Origin: Acidimicrobiia bacterium
GTDB taxonomy: Bacteria > Actinomycetota > Acidimicrobiia > Spongiisociales > ZC4RG35
DNA: 64,000 nucleotides
Reading direction: 5' to 3'
NCBI GenBank assembly: GCA_035512955.1
Contig: DATKCZ010000027.1
Span: forward strand, 40,949-104,948
Part shown: positions 39,837 through 48,831 of the stretch, in pieces
Layout: each line of letters starts with the position of its first letter
How positions within the stretch are numbered: position 1 is the stretch's first letter
The notes under the pieces: generated by a model
What the model was told of the DNA's origin: nothing
What the model saw: the letters and a program-made list of their open reading frames with translations, nothing else
Databases searched by the model: none
Position numbers and translations under genes: made by a program

Positions 39837-41720
39837 TCATGACCCGCTCACCAGCCAGATGACGACGGTGACGGTGCCCGCCAGGAGGAGCGCCCCGTAA
39901 TTGCGCACGAAACCGGTCTGCAGTGGACGGGCCCAGGTGCCCACGTCCCGCACCAGTCGGGCAACCCCGTTCACCGCACCGTCGATGACCGGGAGGTCGA
40001 GGTCGAATGCGGCGACTTCGGCGGTCCGCCTGCCCGGGGCGACGAGGACCCTGCCGTAGAGGTCGTCCACCCGGTATGCCTGCTCCCAGGTCCCCCACAG
40101 CGGCTCGAATCCATGCTCGAACCCCTCCCACTCCACCCGTGACCGGTTGTAGGTCAGGTATGCGGCGGCGGCCCCGGCGAGACCGGCGAGCACCGAGAGA
40201 CCGGCGAGAAGCACGAACATGCCGATCCCCTCGGGGGGGTGCTGCTGGCTGACCAGTTCGAAGGCCGGCTGGAGGAAGTGCTCGAGACCGAGACGGAAGG
40301 GAGTGTTCACCAGACCTCCCACCACCGAGAGCACGGCGAGGATGACGAGGGGGGCGGTCATCACCCGGGGGGATTCACGGGGCTGGGCGCCTTCATCCCA
40401 TCGGGGCTCGCCGAGGAAGACCATCACCCATTGCCGGGTCATGTAGAAGGCGGTGATCAGGGCCGTGACCAGGCCGATGACCCAGAGGACCGAGAACCAG
40501 CCGCCCCTGCCGAAAGCCGAGGAGAGGATCTCGTCCTTGGACCAAAAGCCGGCGAGCGGGGGGATTCCGGCGATGGCCACCGTGGCGATGCCCATCGTCC
40601 AAGCGGTCACCGGCATCCTCTTGAGCAGCCCGCCCATCTTGTGCATGTCCTGTTGGCCGTTCATCGCATGGATCACCGACCCGGCCCCCAGGAAGAGGAG
40701 CGCCTTGAAGAAGGCGTGGGTCATGAGGTGAAAGAGCCCCGCCACGTAGGCGGTGGCCCCGACGGCGAGGAACATGTAGCCGAGCTGGGAGACCGTCGAG
40801 TAGGCCAGCACCTTCTTGATGTCGCGCTGGGCCAGGGCGATGGAGGCCGCCCAGAGCGCGGTGAGGGCGCCGATGGTGGCCACCGTCACCTGGGCGACGG
40901 TGGACAGCTCATAGATCGCCGCGGAGCGGGCTATCAGATAGACACCCGCGGTGACCATGGTGGCGGCGTGGATGAGGGCCGAGACCGGTGTCGGGCCCTC
41001 CATGGCGTCGGGCAGCCAGACATAGAGGGGGATCTGCGCCGACTTGCCGGCCGCTCCCACCAGGAAGAGGAGCCCCACCGCCGTGGCCAGACCGCCGCTC
41101 AGCTCGTCACCGGCCCGATCGAAGATCCCGGCGTAGGAGAGGGTGCCGAACGTGGTGAAGACGATCATCAGCCCCACCATGAAGCCGAGGTCACCGATCC
41201 GGTTGACCACAAAGGCCTTCTTGGCGGCGGCGGAGGCGGAACGGCGGGTGAACCAGTACCCGATCAGCAAGTAGGAACAGAGACCGACCAGCTCCCAACC
41301 CAGGAACAGCATGGCGAAGTTGCCGGCGAGCACCAGCGTCAGCATCGAGGCGGCGAACAGGTTGAGGTTGGTGAAAAAACGCGGGAACCGCTCGTCGCCG
41401 TGCATGTAGCCGATGGCGAAGACGTGGATCAGGGTGCCCACACCGGTCACCACCAGGGTCATCAACGCCGAGAGCGGGTCCCACAGGATCTCCAAGTCGG
41501 CGCCGATGGCCGGCATCCACTCCCAGAGCAGAACGGTGTCACCGGTCTCGGCGCCCCGGAGGAAGGGCAGCGCGGCGACCGCGGCCAGCACGAACGAGCC
41601 ACCGATGGCGGCACTGGCGAGCCAGCCGGAGAGCGGCTCCTTCAGGTACCTGCCGAAGAAGTGGAGTCCGACCGCCCCACCGAGAGGTAGTGCGATGACC
41701 AGCCAGAGGAGGTCGGTCAC
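39837..41720 (-). CDS. nuoL: NADH-quinone oxidoreductase subunit L (operon 2)
   Basis: GWELVGLCSY, NRIGDLG, GKSAQIPLYVWLPDAMEGPTPVSALIHAATMV motifs. Confidence 0.95.
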   Translation of the reverse strand: MTDLLWLVIALPLGGAVGLHFFGRYLKEPLSGWLASAAIGGSFVLAAVAALPFLRGAETGDTVLLWEWMPAIGADLEILWDPLSALMTLVVTGVGTLIHVFAIGYMHGDERFPRFFTNLNLFAASMLTLVLAGNFAMLFLGWELVGLCSYLLIGYWFTRRSASAAAKKAFVVNRIGDLGFMVGLMIVFTTFGTLSYAGIFDRAGDELSGGLATAVGLLFLVGAAGKSAQIPLYVWLPDAMEGPTPVSALIHAATMVTAGVYLIARSAAIYELSTVAQVTVATIGALTALWAASIALAQRDIKKVLAYSTVSQLGYMFLAVGATAYVAGLFHLMTHAFFKALLFLGAGSVIHAMNGQQDMHKMGGLLKRMPVTAWTMGIATVAIAGIPPLAGFWSKDEILSSAFGRGGWFSVLWVIGLVTALITAFYMTRQWVMVFLGEPRWDEGAQPRESPRVMTAPLVILAVLSVVGGLVNTPFRLGLEHFLQPAFELVSQQHPPEGIGMFVLLAGLSVLAGLAGAAAAYLTYNRSRVEWEGFEHGFEPLWGTWEQAYRVDDLYGRVLVAPGRRTAEVAAFDLDLPVIDGAVNGVARLVRDVGTWARPLQTGFVRNYGALLLAGTVTVVIWLVSGS

Positions 41721-41784
41721 CGCTCACGTCCCTTTCCGCGCGGCCCAGAGCCGGCATCCGGGCTACCCTGCATCAGGAACGCGT

Positions 41785-42087
41785 TCATCCCCTGAGGTCC
41801 GAGAGCTCGTCGACGGAGGCGGTGGCCCGCAACCGAAATATGGCGACGATGATGGCCAACCCGACCACCACCTCGGCGGCCGCCACCACCAGGATGAAGA
41901 ACACCGCCACCTGGCCGTTGAGGTCGTTTAGGGCCCGGCCGGCAGCGATGAGGGTGAGGTTGACCCCGTTCAGCATCAGCTCGATGCACATGAACATCAC
42001 CAGGGCGTTGCGCCGCAGCAACAGCCCCACCGCCCCGATGAGGAAGATGGCCCCGGCGAGGGCCATGTACCAACCGGGATCGACCAT
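41785..42087 (-). CDS. nuoK: NADH-quinone oxidoreductase subunit K (operon 2)
   Basis: MCIELMLNGVN, VAAAEVVVGLAI motifs. Confidence 0.95.
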   Translation of the reverse strand: MVDPGWYMALAGAIFLIGAVGLLLRRNALVMFMCIELMLNGVNLTLIAAGRALNDLNGQVAVFFILVVAAAEVVVGLAIIVAIFRLRATASVDELSDLRG

Positions 42088-42614
42088 CAGGCGGCCTCCC
42101 TCCGACGGTAATGGGCCATGGCGATGGCCCCGGCGGCGGCGATCGTCAACAGCAGGGCGGTCGCCTCGAAGGCGAGCACCCAGTCGGTGAAGAGCGGCTC
42201 GGCCACCGCCTCGACGGTCCCGCTGGTGGCCGAGGCGATGGTGGTGGTGGTGGCGGCGGGCACCCAGACGAAGTTGCCGAACAGGGTCAGCCCACCGGCG
42301 AAGAGAACGATGACCAGGGCGAGCCCCCCGACGATCCAGCGTTGATAGGGCAGTGTCTCGTCGATCTTCTCGTCCTTGTCGACCCCGATCAGCATGATGA
42401 CGAACAAGAACAGGGTGAGGACCGCCCCGGCGTAGACGATCACCTGCACCGCGGCCACGAGATGGGCGAGCTGGACCACGTAGAGGACTGCCACCGAAAG
42501 AAGGGTGCCCAGCAGACCCAGTGCGGAGTGGACCGAGTTGCGGGAGACCACCACGGTCACCGCCCCGGCGAGGGCAGCCAGCCCCAAGACCACGAACAGC
42601 AGAGCTTCAGCCAT
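42087..42614 (-). CDS. nuoJ: NADH-quinone oxidoreductase subunit J (operon 2)
   Basis: [37 protein letters not shown]. Start at MAEALL. Confidence 0.92.
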   Translation of the reverse strand: MAEALLFVVLGLAALAGAVTVVVSRNSVHSALGLLGTLLSVAVLYVVQLAHLVAAVQVIVYAGAVLTLFLFVIMLIGVDKDEKIDETLPYQRWIVGGLALVIVLFAGGLTLFGNFVWVPAATTTTIASATSGTVEAVAEPLFTDWVLAFEATALLLTIAAAGAIAMAHYRRREAA

Positions 42615-43257
42615 TGGGCCCCTCAGACCGGGCGTCCCGCCCCTCCTGGGAGGGCTCGGGATCCCAAGAGGCGGGCCCCGGTGTCCCCCGCCACATCTGC
42701 ACACCCTCGTATGCGGCCAGTCCCGAGGGAGCGGTCGCCATGAGCCAGCCGTCTGCGGCGTTCAACTCGTCGGGGTCGGAGAGATGATCGTCGGGGAACA
42801 TGTGGGGGACGTGGCCCTGACGGTCCATGAGCAGCTCGTCCTTGGTGTAGATGGCGTCCTGGCGGTTGGTGGTCGACATCTCGAAGAGATGGGTCATGGT
42901 GATCGCCTCGGTGGGACAGGCCTCGACACACAACCCGCAGAAGATGCAGCGCAGCATGTTGATCTCGTAGACGTAACCGAACCGCTCCCCGGGCGACGTG
43001 GGGTTCGCCGGGTCGTTGTCCTCACCCCTGACGTAGATGCAGTCGGCCGGGCATGCCCCGGCGCACAGCTCGCACCCGATGCATTTCTCCATGCCGTCGG
43101 GGTAGCGGTTGAGCACGTGACGCCCGTGGAAGCGCTGGGGCTTGGGACGCATCTCCGTGGGGTACTCGGTGGTGACCATCTCGATCCCGGTGATGGTGCG
43201 CAACATCGTCGCCCCGGTCACCCGGAGACCCTTGAGAAACTCGGTGATGAGACCCAT
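42607..43257 (-). CDS. nuoI: NADH-quinone oxidoreductase subunit I (operon 2)
   Basis: [23 protein letters not shown] and [12 protein letters not shown] motifs. Confidence 0.95.
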   Translation of the reverse strand: MGLITEFLKGLRVTGATMLRTITGIEMVTTEYPTEMRPKPQRFHGRHVLNRYPDGMEKCIGCELCAGACPADCIYVRGEDNDPANPTSPGERFGYVYEINMLRCIFCGLCVEACPTEAITMTHLFEMSTTNRQDAIYTKDELLMDRQGHVPHMFPDDHLSDPDELNAADGWLMATAPSGLAAYEGVQMWRGTPGPASWDPEPSQEGRDARSEGPNG

Positions 43258-43260
43258 GTG

Positions 43261-44337
43261 CTAACCCCAGGGAACGCCGAATAGACGGACACCGACTGCG
43301 ATGCTGGAGATGACTATCCAGGTCAGCGCGGCGGGGATGAGACGCTTCCAGCCAAGTGACATCAGCTGGTCGTAACGGAGTCGGGGAAGGGTCGCCCGCA
43401 GCCAGAAGAACACGAAGACGATGGCGTAGGTCTTGAGGAGGAACCAGACGGTGGGGAGCACCGCCGAGACGAAGGCGGGGACCGTGCCCTCCCAGGTCGG
43501 ACCATTCCACCCACCGAGGAAGAGGGTGGCGGCGATGGCCGACATCGAGAAGATGTTTACGTACTCGGCCAGGAAGAACATGGCGAACCGCATCCCCGAG
43601 TACTCGGTGTGGAAACCACCGACGAGCTCCTGCTCGGCCTCGACGAGGTCAAAGGGCGCCCGGTTGGTCTCGGCCACGATGGCGATCATGAAGATGACGA
43701 ACGCCACGAACTGGGGCACCAGGTTCCAGCGGGGGAAGATGCCGAACCAGGTGCCTTCCTGACGGGCCACGATCTCGGCGAGGCTCAGGGTGCCCCCGTC
43801 GCCCTGGGTGGCGGTGAACATCACCACGGCGACCATGGACAGACCCATCGCCGCTTCATAGGAGATGGCCTGTGCCGTGGCCCGGATCCCGCCGATCAGC
43901 GGGTACTTCGAGCCGGACGACCACCCAGCCAGGACTACCGCGTAGACCGCCATCGAGGACATGGCGAGTATGAACAGCAGACCGATGTTGAGATCGGCGC
44001 CCTGCAGGATCACCTCTTCACCGCCAATCGTGAACGGAGCCCCGAACGGGACCGTCATGAAGATGAGGAAAGCGGGGATGACGGCGAGGAACGGCGCCAG
44101 GAGATAGGTCGCCAACTCGGCCTTGCGGGGGGTGATCGATTCCTTGAAGAAGAGCTTGAGCCCGTCGGCCACGGTCTGGAGGATGCCCCAGGGCCCGGCT
44201 CGCTTCGGCCCGATGCGGCTCTGCATGTCGGCGACGATCTTTCGCTCGGCCCAGACGTTGATCAAGGTGGCCACCAGCAGCAAGGCGAACACCATCACCA
44301 CCCTCAGCCCGACGATCCCGACCTCGGCCCATCTCAT
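43261..44337 (-). CDS. nuoH: NADH-quinone oxidoreductase subunit H (operon 2)
   Basis: ERKIVADMQSRIGP, AETNRAPFDLVEAEQELVGGFHTEYSG, LPRLRYDQLM. ATG overlaps the nuoG stop. Confidence 0.95.
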   Translation of the reverse strand: MRWAEVGIVGLRVVMVFALLLVATLINVWAERKIVADMQSRIGPKRAGPWGILQTVADGLKLFFKESITPRKAELATYLLAPFLAVIPAFLIFMTVPFGAPFTIGGEEVILQGADLNIGLLFILAMSSMAVYAVVLAGWSSGSKYPLIGGIRATAQAISYEAAMGLSMVAVVMFTATQGDGGTLSLAEIVARQEGTWFGIFPRWNLVPQFVAFVIFMIAIVAETNRAPFDLVEAEQELVGGFHTEYSGMRFAMFFLAEYVNIFSMSAIAATLFLGGWNGPTWEGTVPAFVSAVLPTVWFLLKTYAIVFVFFWLRATLPRLRYDQLMSLGWKRLIPAALTWIVISSIAVGVRLFGVPWG

Positions 44338-46718
44338 GTCATCACCCTGAGCCTGACCACCGGATCGGTGCCGAGAGGGGCCCCACCCTCCTGGTTGAGG
44401 GGCACGTAGACGACGCCTCGTGGAGTTCCCTCGTCCAAAACCGCGCTGAACATTCCCTCGCCCTGGCTGGTGGACACTCTCACCGTCGCCCCATGAGTGA
44501 TGCCCAACCCGGGTGCGTCGGCCGGGTTGACATGGACCACCACACCGGGGGCGAGGGGATGCAGGGAGTGACAATGGCGGAGACGGACACCGTCGTCGTA
44601 CATGGTCCGTCCGCGGTGCAGGGTGAACTGGGCGCCGGGGGCGCTGGGGCCTTGGAGCGTCACCGGGATGTGATCGAAAGGCTGAGCTCCGCTCATCGGG
44701 ACCACGATGCCGTCGCGGTGGTCCCATTCGAGTGCATCGTGAGTCACCCCGTGGTAGACGGGGAGCGACTCTGCGATCTCTTTGGCGATGGTCTCCGCCG
44801 AGGCAAGGCCGAGGGGATGGTCCATATGGGAGGCGATGTCGTCGATGATCGCCCAGTCGGGACGGGCGAACCCGGGTGCGGGCCGCATCTGGTTCAGTTT
44901 CTGCACCCTCCCTTCGACGTTGGTCGCGGTGCCCTCCTTCTCGGCGAACCCCGAGGCGGGGAGGATGACGTCGGCGTGGGCATTGGAGTCGTTCTCGAAG
45001 AGATCGATGGCAACCACGTACTCGGCGGCATCCAACCCGCGGACCGCGATCCTCGGATCCGGCATGTCGCGTACCGGGTCGGCGCCGACTATCACCAGCC
45101 CGCGGATCTCCCCCGAGTCCAGACCCTCGAAGACCTCACGGGTGCCCCTCCCCGGTCTCTCCACGTCGACCCGTCCCGGCAGTAGGTCGGGGGCGAGACC
45201 CATGTCGAGGGCACCGAACGTGTTCGAACGCGAGTGGAGCGGGAGGATACGGCTGGAGGATGCCCTCTGCCGCACCAGCGCGGCCACCGACTCCGCCAGT
45301 TGCGCACCGTCGGCGAGACTGGCCAAACCGACGATGGCGACCACCTTGCCCACGGTGAGCGCGTTGGTGATCTCGACGTGACCGCCTGCGGCGATCTCGC
45401 CGAGGAGGGCGAAACCGGCGCCGGGGCGATAGGTGAGCTTGTGGGTGGCCCGGTCGTCGAGCCCGTTCGCCCTGGGGTGGATGAGCACCAGGGTCTTGCC
45501 CAGCTCCTGGGCGGCGCGACGCACCCGCAGATAGAGCGTGGGATGTTCCTCTTTGAGGTCCGGTGCCCAGACCAGGATGGTGTCGGCGTCGTCCAGATCG
45601 TTGACGAGGGCACGGTCCACCGTCGCCGCCAGGAAGTGGGAGGACAACGAGTCGTCCATGCGGCAGTCGATGTTCGGGGTCTCCAGCACCTCGCGGGCAA
45701 ACCGGGCCAGGGCGTAGGCGTCCTCATTGGTGCCGTTGGCCCCGCCGATGACGGCCAGGGCGTTCCCCCCGTCCTCTTCTTTGATCAGCCGGAGACGGGT
45801 GGCCGCGATGTCGAGCGCCTCCGACCAGTCGACCTCGACCATCGCCCCGTCACGGCGGACCCGGGGCTTGGTGAGCCGGTTCACGGATTGCAGGTACTCG
45901 AAACCCCACCGGGCCTTGTCGGAGAGCCACCCGTGGTTGGTGGCGTCGTTGTCGACACCGGTGTAGCGCACCACCTCGTTCTGACTGGAGTGGATCTCGA
46001 TGCGGGGGTGGGCGGTGTCGAACATCGAGGAGCTCTCCACCTTCTGCAGGTCCCAGGGCCGAGCCCGGAACCGGTAGGGAGTGGCGGTGAGGGCGCCGAC
46101 CGGGCAGATCTGGACCGTGTTCCCGGAGAAGTACGAGGAGAAGGGAAGATCGGGGAAGGTGTTGACCTCGGTCAGATTGCCTCGATCCTGGAACTCGATG
46201 AGCGGGTCTCCGGAGATCTCATCCGAGAAGCGGGTGCAACGGGCGCACAGGATGCAGCGCTCACGGTCGAGCAGGACCAGATCGGAGATGGGAATCGGCT
46301 TCTCGAACTGGCGCTTGATCTCGACGAAACGGCTCTCCCCCGGGCCGTAGGCCATGGCCTGGTCCTGGAGGGGGCACTCGCCGCCCTTGTCGCACACCGG
46401 GCAGTCCAGGGGGTGGTTGGCCAGCAGAAACTCGAGCACGGCCTCCTGGGCCTTCTTGACATCGTGGTTCTCGGTGTCGACCACCATCCCGTCGCTCACC
46501 GGGTTGGTGCAGGCGGTGATGATCATCGGGCCCCGGGGGGTCTCCACCTCGACCAGGCACATCCGGCACATGCCCACCGGTCTCATCCGCTCGTGCCAGC
46601 AGAACCGGGGGATATAGGTGCCGTTGTCCTGGGCCGCCTTGATCAGCATCTCCCCCGCCGGCACCTGATAGCTGGCCCCGTTGATCGTGATCTGGACCAG
46701 ATTGGTGTCCGACGTCAT
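44334..46718 (-). CDS. nuoG: NADH-quinone oxidoreductase subunit G
   Basis: IPRFCWHE, CRMCLVE, HPLDCPVCDKGGECPLQ, CILCARCTRF, CPVGAL Fe-S motifs. Confidence 0.95.
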   Translation of the reverse strand: MTSDTNLVQITINGASYQVPAGEMLIKAAQDNGTYIPRFCWHERMRPVGMCRMCLVEVETPRGPMIITACTNPVSDGMVVDTENHDVKKAQEAVLEFLLANHPLDCPVCDKGGECPLQDQAMAYGPGESRFVEIKRQFEKPIPISDLVLLDRERCILCARCTRFSDEISGDPLIEFQDRGNLTEVNTFPDLPFSSYFSGNTVQICPVGALTATPYRFRARPWDLQKVESSSMFDTAHPRIEIHSSQNEVVRYTGVDNDATNHGWLSDKARWGFEYLQSVNRLTKPRVRRDGAMVEVDWSEALDIAATRLRLIKEEDGGNALAVIGGANGTNEDAYALARFAREVLETPNIDCRMDDSLSSHFLAATVDRALVNDLDDADTILVWAPDLKEEHPTLYLRVRRAAQELGKTLVLIHPRANGLDDRATHKLTYRPGAGFALLGEIAAGGHVEITNALTVGKVVAIVGLASLADGAQLAESVAALVRQRASSSRILPLHSRSNTFGALDMGLAPDLLPGRVDVERPGRGTREVFEGLDSGEIRGLVIVGADPVRDMPDPRIAVRGLDAAEYVVAIDLFENDSNAHADVILPASGFAEKEGTATNVEGRVQKLNQMRPAPGFARPDWAIIDDIASHMDHPLGLASAETIAKEIAESLPVYHGVTHDALEWDHRDGIVVPMSGAQPFDHIPVTLQGPSAPGAQFTLHRGRTMYDDGVRLRHCHSLHPLAPGVVVHVNPADAPGLGITHGATVRVSTSQGEGMFSAVLDEGTPRGVVYVPLNQEGGAPLGTDPVVRLRVMT

Positions 46719-48133
46719 CCGCGATCCCCCTCCGACGAGGCGCTGTCAGATGATCGCCCATCCCCGGAAGCGCCAACCACGCGTAGCGAGCGGGGGGTCT
46801 GGGGGGTCGCCCCCCCAGATGTGGTGGTCACTCGCGCCCCCGGGAACCAACAGCCGCCCCTGGTGACGTGGGCCTCCACCTCATCGCGGAAGAAGTCCCT
46901 CAGCGCGATGATCGGCGAGACCGCCGACGGGCCGAGCGGGCAAATGGTGGTCATCTTCGGTGGCCAGGCGAGATCGATGCTGATCCCGTCGGAGATGTCG
47001 ATGGCCAGATCGAGGTCGACCATCCGGCCCTGGCCGTCCTCGATGCGGCGAAGGATCATCTCGAGCCAGGTGGTCCCCTCGCGGCACGGCGTGCATTGGC
47101 CGCACGACTCGTGGGAGAAGAAGCGGACGATGCGCTCGGCCGCTCGGACCATGCAGGTGTCGTCGTCCATGACGATGACGGCCCCCGAGCCGAGCATCGA
47201 GCCCGCCTCGGCGCAGACATCCCTGGTGATCTCGAGGTCGAGATGATCCTCTGGCACGAACCACGGCGCCGACGCCCCACCGGGGATCCACGCCTTCAAC
47301 TCCCGATCGTCACGGATGCCGCCGCCGATGTCGTAGATGAGATGCTCCCAGGTGATCCCATGGGGCAGCTCGTAGTTTCCCGGCCTCTTGACGTGGCCGG
47401 ACAGTGAGATAAGGAATGTCCCCGTGTCGATGGCATGAGTGAGCTCGGCATACTGCCTTGCGCCCATCGACAGGATGTGGGGCAGATTGGACACCGTCTC
47501 GACGTTGTTTACGATCGTCGGCATCATGTACAGGCCCTGGGCCGCAGGGAAGTTGGGGGGCTTGAGCCTGGGCTCGCCCCGGTAACCCTCCAAGGAGTTG
47601 ATGAGGGCGGTCTCCTCCCCGCAGATGTAGGCGCCCGCCCCGAGGTGGATGGTCAACTCCAGGTCGTAGGCTGAGCCGAAGATGCCCCCGCCCAAGTATC
47701 CCCGGGCGTACGCCTCGTCGACCGCCTGCTGCACCCGGCGGGCGGGTTTGGCGTACTCGCCCCGGATGTAGATGAAGGCATGGTGCACCTCGTTGGCGAT
47801 GGCGGTGATGATGATCCCCTCCAGCATCTGGTGGGGGTCCCGTTCGAGGAGCTGGCGGTCCTTGAAGGTGCCCGGCTCGGACTCGTCGGCATTGACCACC
47901 AGGTATGAGGGGCGAGCCGGGGCGAGGAAGCTCCACTTGAGGCCGGCGGAGAAGGCGGCGCCACCTCGTCCCAGAAGACCCGACGCCTTGACCTCCTCGA
48001 CCAGATCGTCACGGGTCAGGGTGAGGGCACGCTTCGCCTCGAGGTAGCCACCCGTGGCCTCGTACCGTTCGATGGTGTGCGAGTCGTCGGGATGATCGGT
48101 CATCCGTCTGGTGACTATCAGTGGGGTGCTCAA
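46715..48133 (-). CDS. nuoF: NADH-quinone oxidoreductase subunit F
   Basis: GRGGAAF, NADESEPGTFKDR, GAGAYICGEETAL, CGQCTPCREG, TICPLG. TTG 48133 overlaps the nuoE stop. Confidence 0.95.
   Translation of the reverse strand: MSTPLIVTRRMTDHPDDSHTIERYEATGGYLEAKRALTLTRDDLVEEVKASGLLGRGGAAFSAGLKWSFLAPARPSYLVVNADESEPGTFKDRQLLERDPHQMLEGIIITAIANEVHHAFIYIRGEYAKPARRVQQAVDEAYARGYLGGGIFGSAYDLELTIHLGAGAYICGEETALINSLEGYRGEPRLKPPNFPAAQGLYMMPTIVNNVETVSNLPHILSMGARQYAELTHAIDTGTFLISLSGHVKRPGNYELPHGITWEHLIYDIGGGIRDDRELKAWIPGGASAPWFVPEDHLDLEITRDVCAEAGSMLGSGAVIVMDDDTCMVRAAERIVRFFSHESCGQCTPCREGTTWLEMILRRIEDGQGRMVDLDLAIDISDGISIDLAWPPKMTTICPLGPSAVSPIIALRDFFRDEVEAHVTRGGCWFPGARVTTTSGGATPQTPRSLRVVGASGDGRSSDSASSEGDRG
46798..46819. 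repeat. GC-rich REP-like palindrome inside the 3' end of nuoF
   Basis: TCTGGGGGG-TCGC-CCCCCCAGA: perfect 9-bp stem, preceded by GCGTAGCGAGCGGGGGG. Confidence 0.6.
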
Positions 48134-48753
48134 GCGTCCCCCTCGGTCTTCACGGTCCCCAATGCCTCGAATGCCGGATAGGGCCCCACGGCTCCCATGT
48201 CGTCGGCGATGGCCCAGTCGAAGCTCGGTCTCCCCCCGAAGAGCTGTTGCATCTCGTCGGTGTTGACCACCTCGGGCCGTGCGGTCCTCAACCACTTGAC
48301 CAGCTCACCGCCCTTCTCGGGGGTCACGCCCTCGATGAGCTCGTAGTTGACCTGGAGCGCGGGGGCGCCTCCGCAGGCACCGATGCACTCGACGTGCTCC
48401 ACGGACAACAGACCCTCCCCATCGGTCTCACCGTGAGGAACTCCGGACTCGTCTTCTACGGCATGGAGGACGTCGTCGGCGCCGAGCAGCATGCAGGAGA
48501 TCGAGGTGCAGCACGAGATGAGGTACCGGCCGGTCCTCTCCCTCTTGAACATGGTGTAGAAGCTGGCGACCGCCAGGACCTGGGCCGGGGTGATGTCACA
48601 CCACCTGGCCACCTCCTCCATGCCTGCGTCGGTGAGATGGCCCTCCTCGGCCATCGCCAGATAGAGGAGAGGCATGACCGCAGACCGCTTCTCCGGATAT
48701 CGGGAGATGATCTGGCGGGCGCGCTCTTCGGTGGCCTCCGACCAGGTGCTCAT
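48130..48753 (-). CDS. nuoE: NADH-quinone oxidoreductase subunit E
   Basis: RSAVMPLL, VASFYTMF, CTSISCMLLG and VECIGACGGAP [2Fe-2S] motifs. Confidence 0.95.
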   Translation of the reverse strand: MSTWSEATEERARQIISRYPEKRSAVMPLLYLAMAEEGHLTDAGMEEVARWCDITPAQVLAVASFYTMFKRERTGRYLISCCTSISCMLLGADDVLHAVEDESGVPHGETDGEGLLSVEHVECIGACGGAPALQVNYELIEGVTPEKGGELVKWLRTARPEVVNTDEMQQLFGGRPSFDWAIADDMGAVGPYPAFEALGTVKTEGDA

Positions 48754-48831
48754 CGGGGGCGGAGAATAGGGAGTTAGCTGCTCGCTAGTGAAACCGGGAA
48801 CAAGCGCCGAATCGAACCTGCGGCCCGCCGC

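Noticed and set aside
48800-48830. GGTTCGATTC resembling a tRNA T-loop (also 39822-39835)
   Set aside because: No T-stem complement, acceptor stem or anticodon arm around it.
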